Positions 1 through 16,100 of a stretch of DNA of 64,000 nucleotides are shown in pieces (the stretch's first letter is position 1; every line of letters begins with the position of its first letter). The translations under genes and the position numbers were made by a program. This DNA comes from an uncultured Clostridia bacterium. Lineage in GTDB: Bacteria; Bacillota; Clostridia; Oscillospirales; Ruminococcaceae. Under the pieces are notes generated by a model. That model had not been told where the DNA came from. It saw only the letters and a program-made list of their open reading frames with translations, and searched no databases. The DNA is taken from positions 22,652 to 86,651 of the forward strand of contig CANQPB010000006.1 in assembly GCA_947625615.1 (NCBI GenBank), in the 5' to 3' direction.

Positions 1-418
1 CCTCGGGAGCGGGCTGCTCCTCGGCTTTCTCGGCCTCGTCGGGCGACGGCTCTCTTAAAACCGTCTCGGGAGGCAGCTCTACCGGCTCGACAACAGGGGC
101 CGGGGCAGGCTCGGGCTGTTCTTCAACTTCTTCGACGGTTTCGGCCTCGGCGTCTTCCTCCCCGTCAATATAGTCGTCCTCGTCGCCGTATTCGTCCTCG
201 TCGTCAAGCTCGCTCTCTATCTTGCCGATGACGATGTCGCCCGAATCGTCGGCGGGCGGCGCCTCAATAACGACGGTCTCCGCCTCGGGAGCAGGCTTTT
301 CTCCTTTTGATTCCGCGGCCTCATCGCCCACTTCGACGGCTTCGGCGGCAAGGCGCTTTTTCAGTTCTTCCTCCTGCTTTTTGCTCAGCGGGAAATCCTC
401 ATCGAAAAAATCAAACAT
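1..418 (-). CDS. hypothetical acidic low-complexity protein, 5' part only (runs off the window start)
   Basis: The minus-strand ATG at 416-418 is preceded by GGAGG (rc of 425-429). The frame stays open to base 1. Translation is MFDFFDEDFPLSKKQEEELKK... followed by D/E/P/A-rich sequence. It overlaps the response-regulator stop by 8 nt. It is absent from the ORF track because no stop lies in the window. Confidence 0.45.
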   Translation of the reverse strand, partial: MFDFFDEDFPLSKKQEEELKKRLAAEAVEVGDEAAESKGEKPAPEAETVVIEAPPADDSGDIVIGKIESELDDEDEYGDEDDYIDGEEDAEAETVEEVEEQPEPAPAPVVEPVELPPETVLREPSPDEAEKAEEQPAPE

Positions 419-1130
419 TTTTATCCTCCGTATTCTCGCCGACATTCAGCGCAAATTTATAGCCCACGCTCCACACCGTTTCAAGCGACCACTGCCGCGA
501 AACGCCGTCGAGCTTATCCCTTAACCTTTTAATGTGCACGTCTATCGTGCGGGAGCCGCCGTAATATTCAAATCCCCATATCTCGTCAAGAAGCTGATCG
601 CGGTTGAAGACGGTATTCGGGTGACTTGCAAGATAGAACAGAAGCTCAAGCTCCTTCGGCGGGGTGTCGGTTACCCTGCCCCTCACCTTAAGCTCGTAGC
701 GGGTCATGTTGATGTCGAGGCCGTCGTAATGCACCTCGCTCTGCTTGTCGTCGGTTTTTTTAGGCCCCGCCCTTCTGAGAACCGCCTTTATCCTCGCGAC
801 GACCTCCTTGCCGTCGAACGGCTTGACGATGTAGTCGTCGGCGCCGAGCTCCAGCCCCAGCACCCTGTCGAAGACCTCCGACTTTGAGGTGACGAATATC
901 ATGGGGATCGCCGAGCGCTTTCTTATCTCCCGGCATACCTGCCAGCCGTCGATTCGGGGCAGAACGGCGTCCAAAAGCAGAATGTCCGGCTTGAAGGAGG
1001 AAAACCTGGCGAGGCCTTCCTCGCCGTCGGGGGCGCTTGCCACGGCATACCCTTCCTTTTCAAGACACAGACGCAAAAGCTCCGTCGAGCCCGGATCGGC
1101 GTCTATAACCAAAACCTTTATTGCCTGCAT
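411..1130 (-). CDS. OmpR/PhoB-family two-component response regulator
   Basis: The receiver domain reads MQAIKVLVIDAD...DILLLDAVLP. The C-terminal winged helix reads RTIDVHIKRLRDKL...VWSVGYKF. The start was trimmed to the ATG at 1130. Confidence 0.9.
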   Translation of the reverse strand: MQAIKVLVIDADPGSTELLRLCLEKEGYAVASAPDGEEGLARFSSFKPDILLLDAVLPRIDGWQVCREIRKRSAIPMIFVTSKSEVFDRVLGLELGADDYIVKPFDGKEVVARIKAVLRRAGPKKTDDKQSEVHYDGLDINMTRYELKVRGRVTDTPPKELELLFYLASHPNTVFNRDQLLDEIWGFEYYGGSRTIDVHIKRLRDKLDGVSRQWSLETVWSVGYKFALNVGENTEDKNV

Positions 1131-1358
1131 TCCGACACCGCCTTTCGTTGTAATATACCTGAATATATTATAAAGCAAAACCGGCCGGAATGCAAGAGTT
1201 TTGTTGCAAAAAGATTAATAAATTGCAGAATTTGGCCGGACAATTTACCCTTTTGAAACAAATATGGTCGTATTCGCCAAAATTGCCGAAACCGAAGCGT
1301 CGAAATTTTGCGGTTTCTACAAAATCGCGCAAAATTTGATTCTACCGACATTAACCGC

Positions 1359-1386
1359 TTGATTTTTTTGAAAATGTCGGTATAAT
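1359..1386 (+). promoter_or_regulatory. putative sigma-A promoter of groES-groEL
   Basis: TTGATT (1359-1364), a 16-nt spacer, then TATAAT (1381-1386), immediately upstream of CIRCE. Confidence 0.5.
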
Positions 1387-1390
1387 AGAA

Positions 1391-3413
<2,023 letters not shown>

Positions 3414-3423
3414 ACCGACCGCA

Positions 3424-3456
3424 AAAATCCCTCTTCGCTTGAAGAGGGATTTTTTA
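3424..3456. terminator. bidirectional intrinsic terminator between groEL and the convergent PepSY gene fragment
   Basis: AAAAATCCCTCTTC-GCTT-GAAGAGGGATTTTTT: a perfect stem flanked by an A-run and a T-run. Confidence 0.7.
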
Positions 3457-3463
3457 TGCTTAT

Positions 3464-4372
3464 TCAGCTTCGGGGGATCATGTCCTGCCCGGTGAGGGCG
3501 TCGATTCTGAAATAATCCGTGCGGCCGTCGGGGAATTTCAGCACCACCGAGTATACCGAGCTGCCGAGGCCGTCGCTTTTGGTTATCTCGCAAGCTTCAA
3601 GCTCGGCGGCGGCTTTTCCGTCAAGGCCGCCGCGCTCGGCCGCAATCTCTCTTGCCCTGTCGGCGGCCTCCTCCTCGGTGAGAAAATCTTCGGGGGTTAC
3701 GGCTTCAAAGCCGAATATCTCGCCGGTCGCGGCGTCGATCTCATAGGTGTTCGTCTTAAGATCGGTGGTCTTCGGGTAATCCATATAGCCGAAGAGGAAG
3801 CTTATTTTGTAGACGTTCCCCTCGAGCCTGCATGTCAGCCCGCTGACGTTTCTGCTCGTCAGGCCGGAATTTTCAAGCGCCACCGCTGCGGCCGCGGCCT
3901 CGCTGATAAGCCCGTCGGAGGCGTCGCCCGAAAGGGTCTGGTTCGGGATTCTTTCGTCGCCCGAATCCTTGGTGCAGTCGTATTCCTCCAGAGATATAAG
4001 TTCTAAGGTCTCGGGATCCAAAACCACCCTTATTCCCATGCCGGCGTCTTTGTTTTCAAAGGTGTATTCGCCGCCGGAGTTTCCGCCGGCGAAAGACAGG
4101 CCCTTTCCGTCCGCGCCGGCGTATTCCGCCGCCTTGGCTTTTTGAACGCTAAAGCCGTAGGTGCGGGTGATCTTCGTCGCCTCGCCGGTGACTGGATCGA
4201 GCAGCACCGATATCTGCGCGTCCTCCTCAAACGATTCCGCCTCGGAATCCGGGTCTTCATAATATTTGAAGATGACGATTATCACCGGCTCGTCATATTC
4301 GGCGACGGAATTACTGTCGTAATAGCAGGTTACGTTGAAGTTTTTCAGAATGCCGCCGCTTAACGTGGGGCG
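3464..4372 (-). pseudogene. 3' part of an interrupted anti-sigma-like / PepSY-repeat membrane protein gene (5' part at 19834..20799)
   Basis: The frame of ORF 3464..4285 stays open upstream to 4372 with no credible start or RBS. It contains PepSY-like repeats (..IDAATGEIFGFE.., ..RIDALTGQDM..). It joins in frame with 19841..20799 once the element is removed. Confidence 0.75.
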
Positions 4373-4418
4373 TCATAAGGAAGTTAAAACTATTTTTCCT
4401 GAAACGGCATAATTTCGG

Positions 4419-6361
<1,943 letters not shown>

Positions 6362-6372
<11 letters not shown>

Positions 6373-7807
6373 AAGTATCTCTCCTTTTCTCTTTACTGTT
6401 TTCTCTTGATTGACTGTTCGCCTGTTTGATTTTGTATTTGATTTGCCAAAGCCTTTTGACGTCATCACGCACTGCCGAAAACTCTTTTTGAATATTCTCA
6501 AAATCTTTTTGAAACTGTGCTTTTTCACTCCTCCACGCGCCGATCGGCAGCTTGCCGTCTTTGAAATACGGACGAAGTTTCCGCTCTGCCATATGATAAA
6601 GCCTGAGTGAGCTCTCATTTTCGGCTTTGAATTTCTCGCGTTTCGACTTCCACTTGATTTTCGCAAGCTCGTCGGCAATAGGCTTGTTCTCGGCATAGTG
6701 TTGTGCCCAAATAAGCAGATTATCTATCTCCTTCAGCCGTGCAGATTTTTCGTTAGACTGTGCTTTAAAGCCGTCAATCTTTTCGTTCAACTCGTCTAAT
6801 TTTCTCTGCAAATCCTCAAAAGATTCGATTTCATTCGCTTTTAGAAAATTGATGTCATCGGTTAGCTCTTTCAAGTTTTTGACTTTGGCAGTCTGGCTGT
6901 ATGCGCCTTTGTTCCTCGTAGAGTTATAGGCGTTGAGGGATTGAATTAGGCTCGACTGGTGATTCTCATTGACCCACTTTTCGAGAGCGTTGACTTTCTT
7001 CTCGGCGGAAAGAATCATCTTGTTGGTCGCTTTGATCCACCTATTCAAGTCGCCTTTGTCGGTATGGATCCCGCGTTTCTCCATAGCTATGACGGTCGGA
7101 CCTTCGTGTACGGTCGGAAGCAGTTCCACTCCCTGCCGCGCATAACTTCTATGGTCGATTCGCTCATCAAGACCCTTTTCGGCAAACTTGGCGTTGCATA
7201 AATCGCACCAAGCTTTTCGCCAATGCTCCAACGCTTCGTGGCTGCCCCAATCGGTCGTTGGCACGGCATTGAAAATATACTCGCCCGACTTGTCACGAAG
7301 CCGCTCGCCATGCTCATCAAGGACATATTCTCGCTTTTGCTTAGCTCCCCACTGCCCATTTTCATCAAGTGGTCGCATGGGGCAGAGAACGTGAAAGTGT
7401 GGATTTTGTATGTCATTTTTGCGTTCGGGCAGGTGAACGGCGAAGTCGCAAATCATACCTCGCGACACGAAATTTTCTAACAAAAAACGCCTTGCGAGTT
7501 CGATGTTTTCTTCCATAGAAAACTCATTTTGCAAGGCGATGTCAAAGCTATAAGCTAACTGCGCTTTGGGGTGCAGCTCGGCTTTTTCGACTGCGTTCCA
7601 AAGCGTTTGGCGATTGAAGTACTCAAGTGGGGCGTGTGAGGGTAAAAGTATTTCGGCATGGACGATTCCTCGCTTTCTGGTATAGTCGCTGATTTCGCCA
7701 TAATACTCCGAAAAGAGCTTTTCGCCCGACCGATAGGCGGCGCAGGCAACTGCGGATTGTCCTTTTCTGCGCTTAATTTGAGTGACGTGGAAGTGGTAAG
7801 CTGACAT
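6362..7807 (-). CDS. MobA/MobL-family (MOBQ-type) relaxase
   Basis: MSAYHFHVTQIKRRKGQSAVACAAYRSGEKL... with the HFHVLCPMRP histidine motif, followed by a long coiled-coil C-terminal half. Confidence 0.85.
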
Positions 7808-8073
7808 TATTCCACCTCCGTTGCAATCAGGTTTTTCACTTCGGGAAGCGCAAAGATTTTCTCGGCAAGCTCGTAAAACTCGACCTCGCTCATCTCCTTG
7901 ACCGACGGTGCAAGACTTTCAACCGCTGCTCCGCGAGTGATAAGGTGGTGTGCGCGTTTCTGCCGTTCACCGCTTTCATAATAGGTTTTTCGGTTTTTGA
8001 GCCGAGCAAGGTTGTGCGTTTCCTGCTCAAGCTCGCGCTCGGTTTCTTTGATTTTGGCTTCGATTTCGTTCAT
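7807..8073 (-). CDS. DUF3847-like mobilization accessory protein
   Basis: 88 aa, MNEIEAKIKETERELEQETHNLARLKNRK...RAHHLITRGAAVESL. The ATG at 8073 follows AGGAGG. Its stop overlaps the relaxase ATG (TAATG). Confidence 0.55.
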   Translation of the reverse strand: MNEIEAKIKETERELEQETHNLARLKNRKTYYESGERQKRAHHLITRGAAVESLAPSVKEMSEVEFYELAEKIFALPEVKNLIATEVE

Positions 8074-8185
8074 ATTTCCTCCTTCGTGATATAAAAATAC
8101 CGCCTGCGGGGGCAGACGGTTTTTAACTATTGGGATAGCTGCGGGGCAGCGCAAGGGTAATCCCTTGTCGGAACGCAGTGACGAA

Positions 8186-8262
8186 AATGCCCTGACTTTT
8201 GCAAGTCAGGGCAAGTCTCGCAGAGCGCACATACCCCCATATGGGGGTATAGAAGTGCGCAC
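8186..8262. promoter_or_regulatory. candidate oriT: two strong inverted repeats upstream of the mobilization operon
   Basis: GCCCTGACTT-TTGC-AAGTCAGGGC lies at about 8188-8211. A nested palindrome GCGCAC..ATACCCCCATATGGGGGTAT..GTGCGC lies at about 8225-8262. No U-run follows on either strand, so it is not a canonical terminator. It sits directly upstream of the DUF3847/relaxase genes. Confidence 0.4.
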
Positions 8263-8276
8263 TTCGTGATTTAATT

Positions 8277-8507
8277 TTATCCCTTGCTTTTCTTCATAAG
8301 ATAATTTACAATATCTCCGATTGTGCGGAAATCATATATTACCCTGTCAGGAACTTCAATGTTAAATTCATCTTCAAATCTGACGACTGCGTTTACCGTG
8401 TCAAGCGAATCCATATCAAGATCGCTAAGAAGTAATGTTTCCATAGTCATTTCTTCGGCCTTTGTTTCGGTAAACTCGGAAAGAATCTTACACACTTTTT
8501 CAAACAT
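8277..8507 (-). CDS. acyl carrier protein (stand-alone)
   Basis: 76 aa with the phosphopantetheine motif LDMDSLDTV. It overlaps the ligase stop by 8 nt. GGAGGAAACAATA precedes the ATG. Confidence 0.85.
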   Translation of the reverse strand: MFEKVCKILSEFTETKAEEMTMETLLLSDLDMDSLDTVNAVVRFEDEFNIEVPDRVIYDFRTIGDIVNYLMKKSKG

Positions 8508-10149
8508 TATTGTTTCCTCCTACGGTGTTTCTTTTTATTTTTTTGGTAGTTGTTTTTTCAAATTCTTTGTCACGGATAATAACCGAACTGATTTGTTTGA
8601 ATTTCGGCAGTTTTTTGTTAATTTCCGATACCGATTTATTCAGCGAATCTGTTGTTGAATCTATTTTGGTATCCTCTGCATACTGTTTATCGGGATAAAT
8701 CTCGGCGACGATTCTGTGATTGCTTTCATAGACAACAACTTCTTTTACAAGGGGAACCCTGTCAAACAGGCTTTCCAATTCCTCGGGAGCAACATTTTCT
8801 CCGTTGCTGAGAATAATAAGGTTTTTCTTTCTGCCGGTTATGAAAAGGAATCCGTCTGAATCAAGATAGCCAATATCTCCGGTATGGAACCAACTATCCG
8901 CAAGAGCTTCTTCGGTAGCTTCTTTCATACCATAGTAACCTTGCATGACAATAGAACCTTTTACGCAGACTTCTCCTATCCCGCTATCGTCTTTTGAGTC
9001 GATTTTTACAGTACATTCATTCAGAACCTGACCTACGCTGCCGTCTTTATAATAATTATTCCTGTTTACCGATACGACAGGCGAGCATTCGGTTATTCCG
9101 TATCCGTTAAGCAAGTTTATGCCAAATTCTCTGAAACCTTTAATATATTTTTCGCTTAGCGGTGCGCCGCCGCTGATTATAGTGTCAAGATTACCTCCGA
9201 AACCGTTGATAACGGATTTAAACAGCTTTCTGCGAAGGTCAATTCCGCATTTTAATAGGAAATTGCTAAGTTTTATCAGGAATTTCAAAGCTCCTGCTTT
9301 CCCACTTTTCTCCGCGGTAGTCCATACATTTTTATAAAGAGTTTCGACAAAGAGCGGAACCAAAAACAGACTTTGCGGTTTGGCTGCAAGCAAATCCTTG
9401 GAAATGTTTTTCAGACTGGTATTGATGTAAATTGTATATCCGTAAACCATTGTTACGAACACGCCTGCCACAAGTCCAAAAGAGTGATGCAGCGGCAAGA
9501 GGAGCAAAGTATCGCCATAGAACTTGCAATTACTGCACGCCGAACAGGTATCTAAGGCAAGATTACCATGGCTCAGCATAACTCCTTTGCTTATTCCCGT
9601 AGTGCCTGACGTATAAATAATCGCTGCCAAAGTGTCCTGAGAAATATTTTTGTTTGACCTATTGTTTGTGCCGCCGTCAATAGAAGCTTGTCCCTCCAAA
9701 ATAAGAGAGGGTATATCTTTCATATTGACTGCGTATATTTCCATGCTTTTGCATATAGAATCGGCAATGTCTGAATATGTATCTGAGAAAATCAAATGCG
9801 TGCAGCCGCTGTCTTTTATCAGATTGATGATACTCTCGGTTGAAAGCTCTTTGTCGATAGGAACCGCTGCGCTTGAAGAGTATACGACAGCAAAGAAAGA
9901 TAAAATCCAGTAGTATGAATTCTCTCCGAGGATTGCTACCTTTGTGTTTACGACGCCTCTTTTTTCAAGCGCAACTCCCAAAGCCTCAATCTCGCTCTTT
10001 AATTCCTTGTAGGTTTTCTCAATTCTTTCGCCTGATTTAGTCCAAGCAAACGCCGCTGTGTTCGGAGATTCTTTAGCTCTGAAATCAATCAATTCTTTTA
10101 GAGTGGTTATGCGCTTTACATCGTATAACGGATAATCTTTGTTTTTCAT
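8500..10149 (-). CDS. AMP-dependent fatty-acyl ligase (FAAL/ACSL-like)
   Basis: 549 aa. The AMP-binding core reads IIYTSGTTGISKGVMLSHGNL, with downstream motifs GYGITE, HTGDIGYLD and ITGRKKNLI. Confidence 0.85.
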   Translation of the reverse strand: MKNKDYPLYDVKRITTLKELIDFRAKESPNTAAFAWTKSGERIEKTYKELKSEIEALGVALEKRGVVNTKVAILGENSYYWILSFFAVVYSSSAAVPIDKELSTESIINLIKDSGCTHLIFSDTYSDIADSICKSMEIYAVNMKDIPSLILEGQASIDGGTNNRSNKNISQDTLAAIIYTSGTTGISKGVMLSHGNLALDTCSACSNCKFYGDTLLLLPLHHSFGLVAGVFVTMVYGYTIYINTSLKNISKDLLAAKPQSLFLVPLFVETLYKNVWTTAEKSGKAGALKFLIKLSNFLLKCGIDLRRKLFKSVINGFGGNLDTIISGGAPLSEKYIKGFREFGINLLNGYGITECSPVVSVNRNNYYKDGSVGQVLNECTVKIDSKDDSGIGEVCVKGSIVMQGYYGMKEATEEALADSWFHTGDIGYLDSDGFLFITGRKKNLIILSNGENVAPEELESLFDRVPLVKEVVVYESNHRIVAEIYPDKQYAEDTKIDSTTDSLNKSVSEINKKLPKFKQISSVIIRDKEFEKTTTKKIKRNTVGGNNNV

Positions 10150-10160
10150 ATTACGTCACC

Positions 10161-13100
10161 TCATTCAAAAAAATTCAGACTTCTAAAGTACTCAAGATAC
10201 TTTTTCAGATATTCTTCCGAAATATCCGACCACTTGAATCCGATTTCTGAAAGTATCTTTGAAGTATAGCTGCTGTCAGCAGTTACTTTTGCTTCACTGC
10301 TTTGACGTTGAAATTCGTTCAATTCATTCATAATGAAGCCGCTTTCACCGCTTATGGTTGCGTCGATCTTGTCAATAAACCGAGCGGTGGGTATGAATGT
10401 CAAATTTATACCGGCTTTGCAAAGCAGTTCGGTTAGTTTTTCATATGTAACGGCGTTGCTGCTGTTTGATATATGAAATACCGTTTGAGTATTATCCGCA
10501 TATTCCGCAAGCAGAATGACTGCCTCTGCCGCTTTATCCACCGGCGTCATTTCGGCATATTCCTTAGATAAATCATTCGGAATTGCTCTCACATCAATAA
10601 AGGATTTAATTCTTTTCAAAAAGGCATTGTCGGTATAATTTGGCTGAAAGACTCCGTCGGAATATCTGTTTGTGAGATTGCCCATTCTGAAAATCCGACC
10701 GATCAACCCTTCTTGAATTTTGTCAAGAACAAGTCTTTCCGCTTCAAACTTGCTTCGGATATATACGTTATCAAGATTCTGACCTATATAAATATCCGAT
10801 TCGGAAAATATCGTCGAGCTTCCCTGACGTTTGAGCGTCATTCCTCCAACGCTTGCAGTGGAAATAAATATAAACCGAGCTTTTACCGAGCAAGCATAAT
10901 CAAGCATATTTTTTGTGCCGAGTATATTTGTTTTCTCGAAATCCGAATAGTTTCCATAGTGCTTGACATTAGCGGCAGAATGAATGACAGTATCAACATC
11001 TTTCGGCAGCGATGAAGGGTTGACGTCGGTAATATCTCCTATAATGGGAATAATCCGATTGCCGACCTCAAGGCTGTATTTCTGCCCGAAATAGTACTGC
11101 AAAGTCTTTTTTAACCTTTCTTCGCTTCTGACTAAGCAGTATATTTTCCTTGATTCCTTGATGAATGCTTCGTTGAGCAAATGAGCCCCCAAAAATCCAG
11201 TCGCACCTGTTAGAAGGATATTGCCAAGCGGCTTATATCTTAATTCGTGCGGAACATCCGGGGAATTCAGTTTCAAAATGCTGTTATATTTTTCAAAATC
11301 TTCGGGTTTATATTCGGAATGTATTTCAGTCTTTCCGTCTATAAACGCACCTAATTCAGCCGAAGTCGGATATTCGTAAATATCCTGCATATTGATAATT
11401 ATTCCCTTTTCGGAAAGAAGCGCAACTAACTGCATAGCCGAAAGACTGTCGCCCCCAAGCTCGAAAAAGTTATCTGACGTACCTGTTTTTCTTCCGCCAA
11501 ACAATTTGCTTATAGCGTCGCATAATATCTTTTCGGTAGCCGTAACAGGTGCAACAAATTCGGTTGACAATTCCGTAATTTCAGGCTGTGGCAGATTCTT
11601 TCTGTCAGTTTTGCCGCTCGAAGTCATAGGTATCTCATCAAGCCGCATGAAGTAGTTGGGAATCATATACCTTGGCAGCTTTGAAGATAAAAACTCACGA
11701 AGTTGTTTTTCATCAATCTCTTTTTCGGAAGTGTAATAGCCTACAAGATACTGCCTGTCCGAAGCGTCTTTTTTGTCAGCGACAGCAGTCATGTTTATTC
11801 CCTCAAAAGCAGCCATTACGCTTTCGATTTCGCCGAGTTCTATCCTAAGGCCGCGAATCTTCACCTGCGTGTCGATCCTGCCGAGGTATTCAAGCTCTCC
11901 GTCTGTTCTCCACCTTGCAAGGTCGCCCGATTTATACATTGTCTTTCCTGCGATAAAAGGATTCGGGACAAACTTTTCAGCGGTAAGTTCGGGTCGGTTG
12001 AGATAACCTTTTCCAACGCCGTCGCCTGATATACATAGCTCTCCCGGAACGCCTATGGGGCAGACTTTGCCTTGGGGGTTCAGAATGTATATTTGGGTGT
12101 TGGAAATAGGTTTGCCGATAGTTATTTCCTCGTAATCTTTCACTTTGGAGAATGAACAACCTACTGTCGTTTCGGTGGGACCATATCCGTTATATATTTC
12201 AGCGCAGGTAAAAGCTCTTATTTTATTAGTAGTTTCGGTTGATAGCATTTCTCCTGCCAACAGAATTGTGCTTATATTAGAAAGCTCATTATAGAAATTG
12301 CTATTTAATATATAGCTTTCGAGTTTTGTTGGCGTAAGATGAATAGTGTCAACATTTCTTTTAACAATGATTTTGGATAAATAATCTACATTGTTTATTT
12401 CGTCATCGTTTGTTATAATTACAGTAATTCCAAATAGCAAAAGTTGTAAAGATTCACATATTGATATATCAAACGTGAATGCTCCTAATGCCAAAACGCA
12501 TTTACTTTTCCGCACTAAATTGCAGTGAAAGACATCTTTGCTAAATAAATAGTTCACTGTACTTCGGTGAGAAAGAAGCACACCTTTCGGTTTCCCCGTA
12601 GACCCAGAAGTGAATATAACATAACAAGCATCCTCTGGAGATGATACATTTTCAATCGGTTCGGGATTGCAGTCGAAATTAAATGTTTCAAGGTCAACTG
12701 TGCTGATGTCAAGGCTTTCAAAATATCCGAAAGTCAGCGCAACACTGCTTTTTGCTTCGCTCAGCATGTACTCGATTCTGTCCTTCGGATACGTCGGATC
12801 AACAGGCATATACGCTCCACCCGCTTTGAGTATTCCGAGCATTGCAACTATGACGTGCCAACTCCTTTTGGAGATTATTGGTACGATGTCATTCGGTTTT
12901 ACTCCTCTTTCTCTCAAGTAATGAGCGAGAGAATTGGACATTTCATTAAGCTGACGGTAGGTAAACTCTGTATCCTCAAAGATTAGTGCTGTTTTATTAG
13001 GATTTATCTTTGCCTGTTCCGTAAAAAGCTCATGTACGCATTTGTCACGGGGATAGTCGGAGTATGTATCGTTAAACTCATATACGACCTTTCGGTATTC

Positions 13101-16100
13101 ATCTTCCGGCACAATATTAAATGTATCAAGAATTTTTTCAGAATCAATCTGTTCCAGAATATAGGCATAGCTTTTTTCCAGAGCAATTATCAGCTTTTCA
13201 TCGTATTTTGCTCCGTTAAACTCAACTACCGTTCTGACATCTCCGCTTTTCTGCGGAATAACCTGGAAAGATAAATCCAGTTTGCAGGTTTTCGTGTCAT
13301 AGGAAGTTATCTCCAAGTTTTCAGCCGTTAATTCTCCCGGTTGATATATGAACGCAGTGTTTACCGAATTGGTTTTAATTCCTACTGCATTGCATATTTC
13401 CAAAAGAGGAAGCTCCTGATACTGATAAATATCCGCAAGATTCTTTCCTACTGCTTCGGCATATTCTTTCCACTCGATTGAGGAATCAACGTTAAAGCTG
13501 TAGGGAATCGTGTTTACGAACATTCCTACCGTGTTGGCGATTTCATGGTGTCCTCGGTTTGAAAGGATAATACTTGTCAAGAATTTATCCTCGCCTGAGT
13601 ATTTTGAAAGCAATAGTCCAAATGCGCCGAAATACACTCCCGTTTCGGTTAAACCGTTTTCCTTTGCATATTCTTTGACTTTATCCGCAATATTTTTGTC
13701 AATAGTCTGCTCAACCGTTTTTCCTCCGACATACGACGACGGGATTTCGGGAAGTTCGGGGGACTGTGCTGTCGAATCTATTGCCTTTTTGAAATACTCA
13801 ATATGTTCAGACATTTTGCCTGATTCAAGTCGGTTTGCGAAGTCGTCGGCGTAATCTGCATACCCGATGAGTTCTTCTTGAAGATCATTTCCGAAAATCA
13901 GCCTAAGAATTATTTCCATAGAATCTCCGTCGGAAATAATATGATGAACATCTATTGCCAGGCCGCCGTTTATGAACGCAACTCTCATAAGAGGTGCTAT
14001 TCCCAAGTCAAACGGTCTGACAAACTCATTCATGCTGTCATATTCTTCAAACTTTAATTCTGCGGCATCGTCAATTATACCGTAAATCTCTCCTTCCTCA
14101 AATTTTATCGCCGTTCTGAGAGATGGGTGAAGATTATATACCATGGAAATCCTGTCTTTTAGCGCAGAAATATCCGTGCTTTCCTCAAGCGGAATAAACA
14201 TTGGCATGTTGTATACCAACGATTCGGGCTCTTTACTGCAAGCAAGATATATTGCTTCCTGCTGTGGGGTGAGCTTATATTTTTTCAAATTCTTTTTCGG
14301 TATATGCAAAGCTTCCGAGGTCAATTCTTCAAGGCATTTTGCAAGACTGCTCAAAACCGTATGCTCTAAAATGTTTTTCATTTCGGCATGAATGCCGAGC
14401 TTGCTTTCAATCTCGGCAAGCATACTTATTGCCGCCAGACTATCGCCGCCCACCTCGAAGAAGTCGTCATTACAGCTGACGGTATCAAGCCTTAAAACAT
14501 CTCTCCATATTTGTGCCAAAGCCATTTCTACTGCCGTTTTCGGCATGACGATTTCTTTCTCCGAGATGTTTATTTCAGGCTGTGGCAGATTCTTTCTGTC
14601 AGTTTTGCCGCTCGAAGTCATAGGCATCTCATCGAGCCGCATGAAGTAGTTGGGAATCATATACCTTGGCAGCTTTGAAGATAAAAACTCACGCAGTTGT
14701 TTTTCATCAATCTCTTTTTCGGAAGTGTAATAGCCTACGAGATATTGTCTGCCCGAAGCGTCCTTTTTGTCAGTGGCGGCAGTCATATTTATTCCCTCAA
14801 AGGCAGACATTACGCTTTCGATTTCGCCGAGTTCTATCCTTAGCCCGCGAATCTTCACCTGAGTGTCTATCCTGCCGAGGTATTCAAGCTCGCCGTCCGT
14901 CCTCCACCTTGCAAGGTCGCCCGATTTATACATCGTCTTTCCTGCGATAAAGGGATTCGGGACAAACTTTTCAGCGGTAAGTTCTGGTCGGTTGAGATAG
15001 CCTTTTCCGACACCATCGCCGGATATGCATAACTCGCCCGGAACTCCTATGGGGCAGACTTTACCTTGGGAGTTTAGAATGTATATTTGGGTGTTGGAGA
15101 TGGGTTTGCCAAGCGTTATTTCACTTTGTAAATCCGATAGCATTTTATTAGTGACCCAGATTGTTGCTTCTGAAGGTCCATATAAATTGAAAATTTTAGC
15201 CTTTGAATTCAGCCTAAGTTCCTTGTATAAATCATAAGGTAATACTTCGCCGCCGAGCATAATTGCTTTTAGACAAGACAAATACTTCATATTCGTTCTG
15301 TCTTGAATATAAGATTTCATTTTTGTCGGCGTTGTTTGGATAATATCTATTTTATTATTCTTTATTAAATCACTTATGCTATTTTGCAATACAGACTCAG
15401 ATTCATTGGCAAGTATGATTGTTTTGCCATTTAAGATTGGCAAAATACTCTCAGTTGTAAAAATATCGAATGTAATATTAGTTACTGAAAGTATATTATT
15501 CTGATTAGCGATGTACGTACTTATAGGGCTATTTTTTGAAGGCGTAGCGTAATTTACCACTCCACAATGGGAAATTACCGCCCCTTTCGGCTTCCCCGTA
15601 GACCCGGAAGTGAATATAACATAGCAAGTGTCCTCGGGAGATGACACATTTTCAATCGGCTCTGGATTGCAGCCGAAATCAAATGTTTCAAGGTCAACGG
15701 AACTGATGTCAATACTTTCAGAATATCCGAAAGTCAGCGCAATACTGCTTTTTGCTTCGCTTAACATATACTCAATTCTATCCTTCGGATATGTCGGATC
15801 AACAGGCATATATGCCCCGCCCGCTTTGAGTATTCCGAGCATCGCAACAATGACGTGCCAACTTCTTTTGGATATTATAGGCACGATGTCGTTCGGCTTT
15901 ATCCCTCTTTCTCTTAGATGATGAGCGAGGGCATTTGACATTTCATCAAGCTGACGGTAGGTAAACTCTGTATCCTCAAAGATTAGTGCCGTTTTATCAG
16001 GATTTTTCTTAGCCTGCTCCGCAAAAAGCTCATGTACGCATTTGTCGCGGGGATAGTCGGAGTATGTATCGTTAAACTCATATACGACCTTATTATACTC

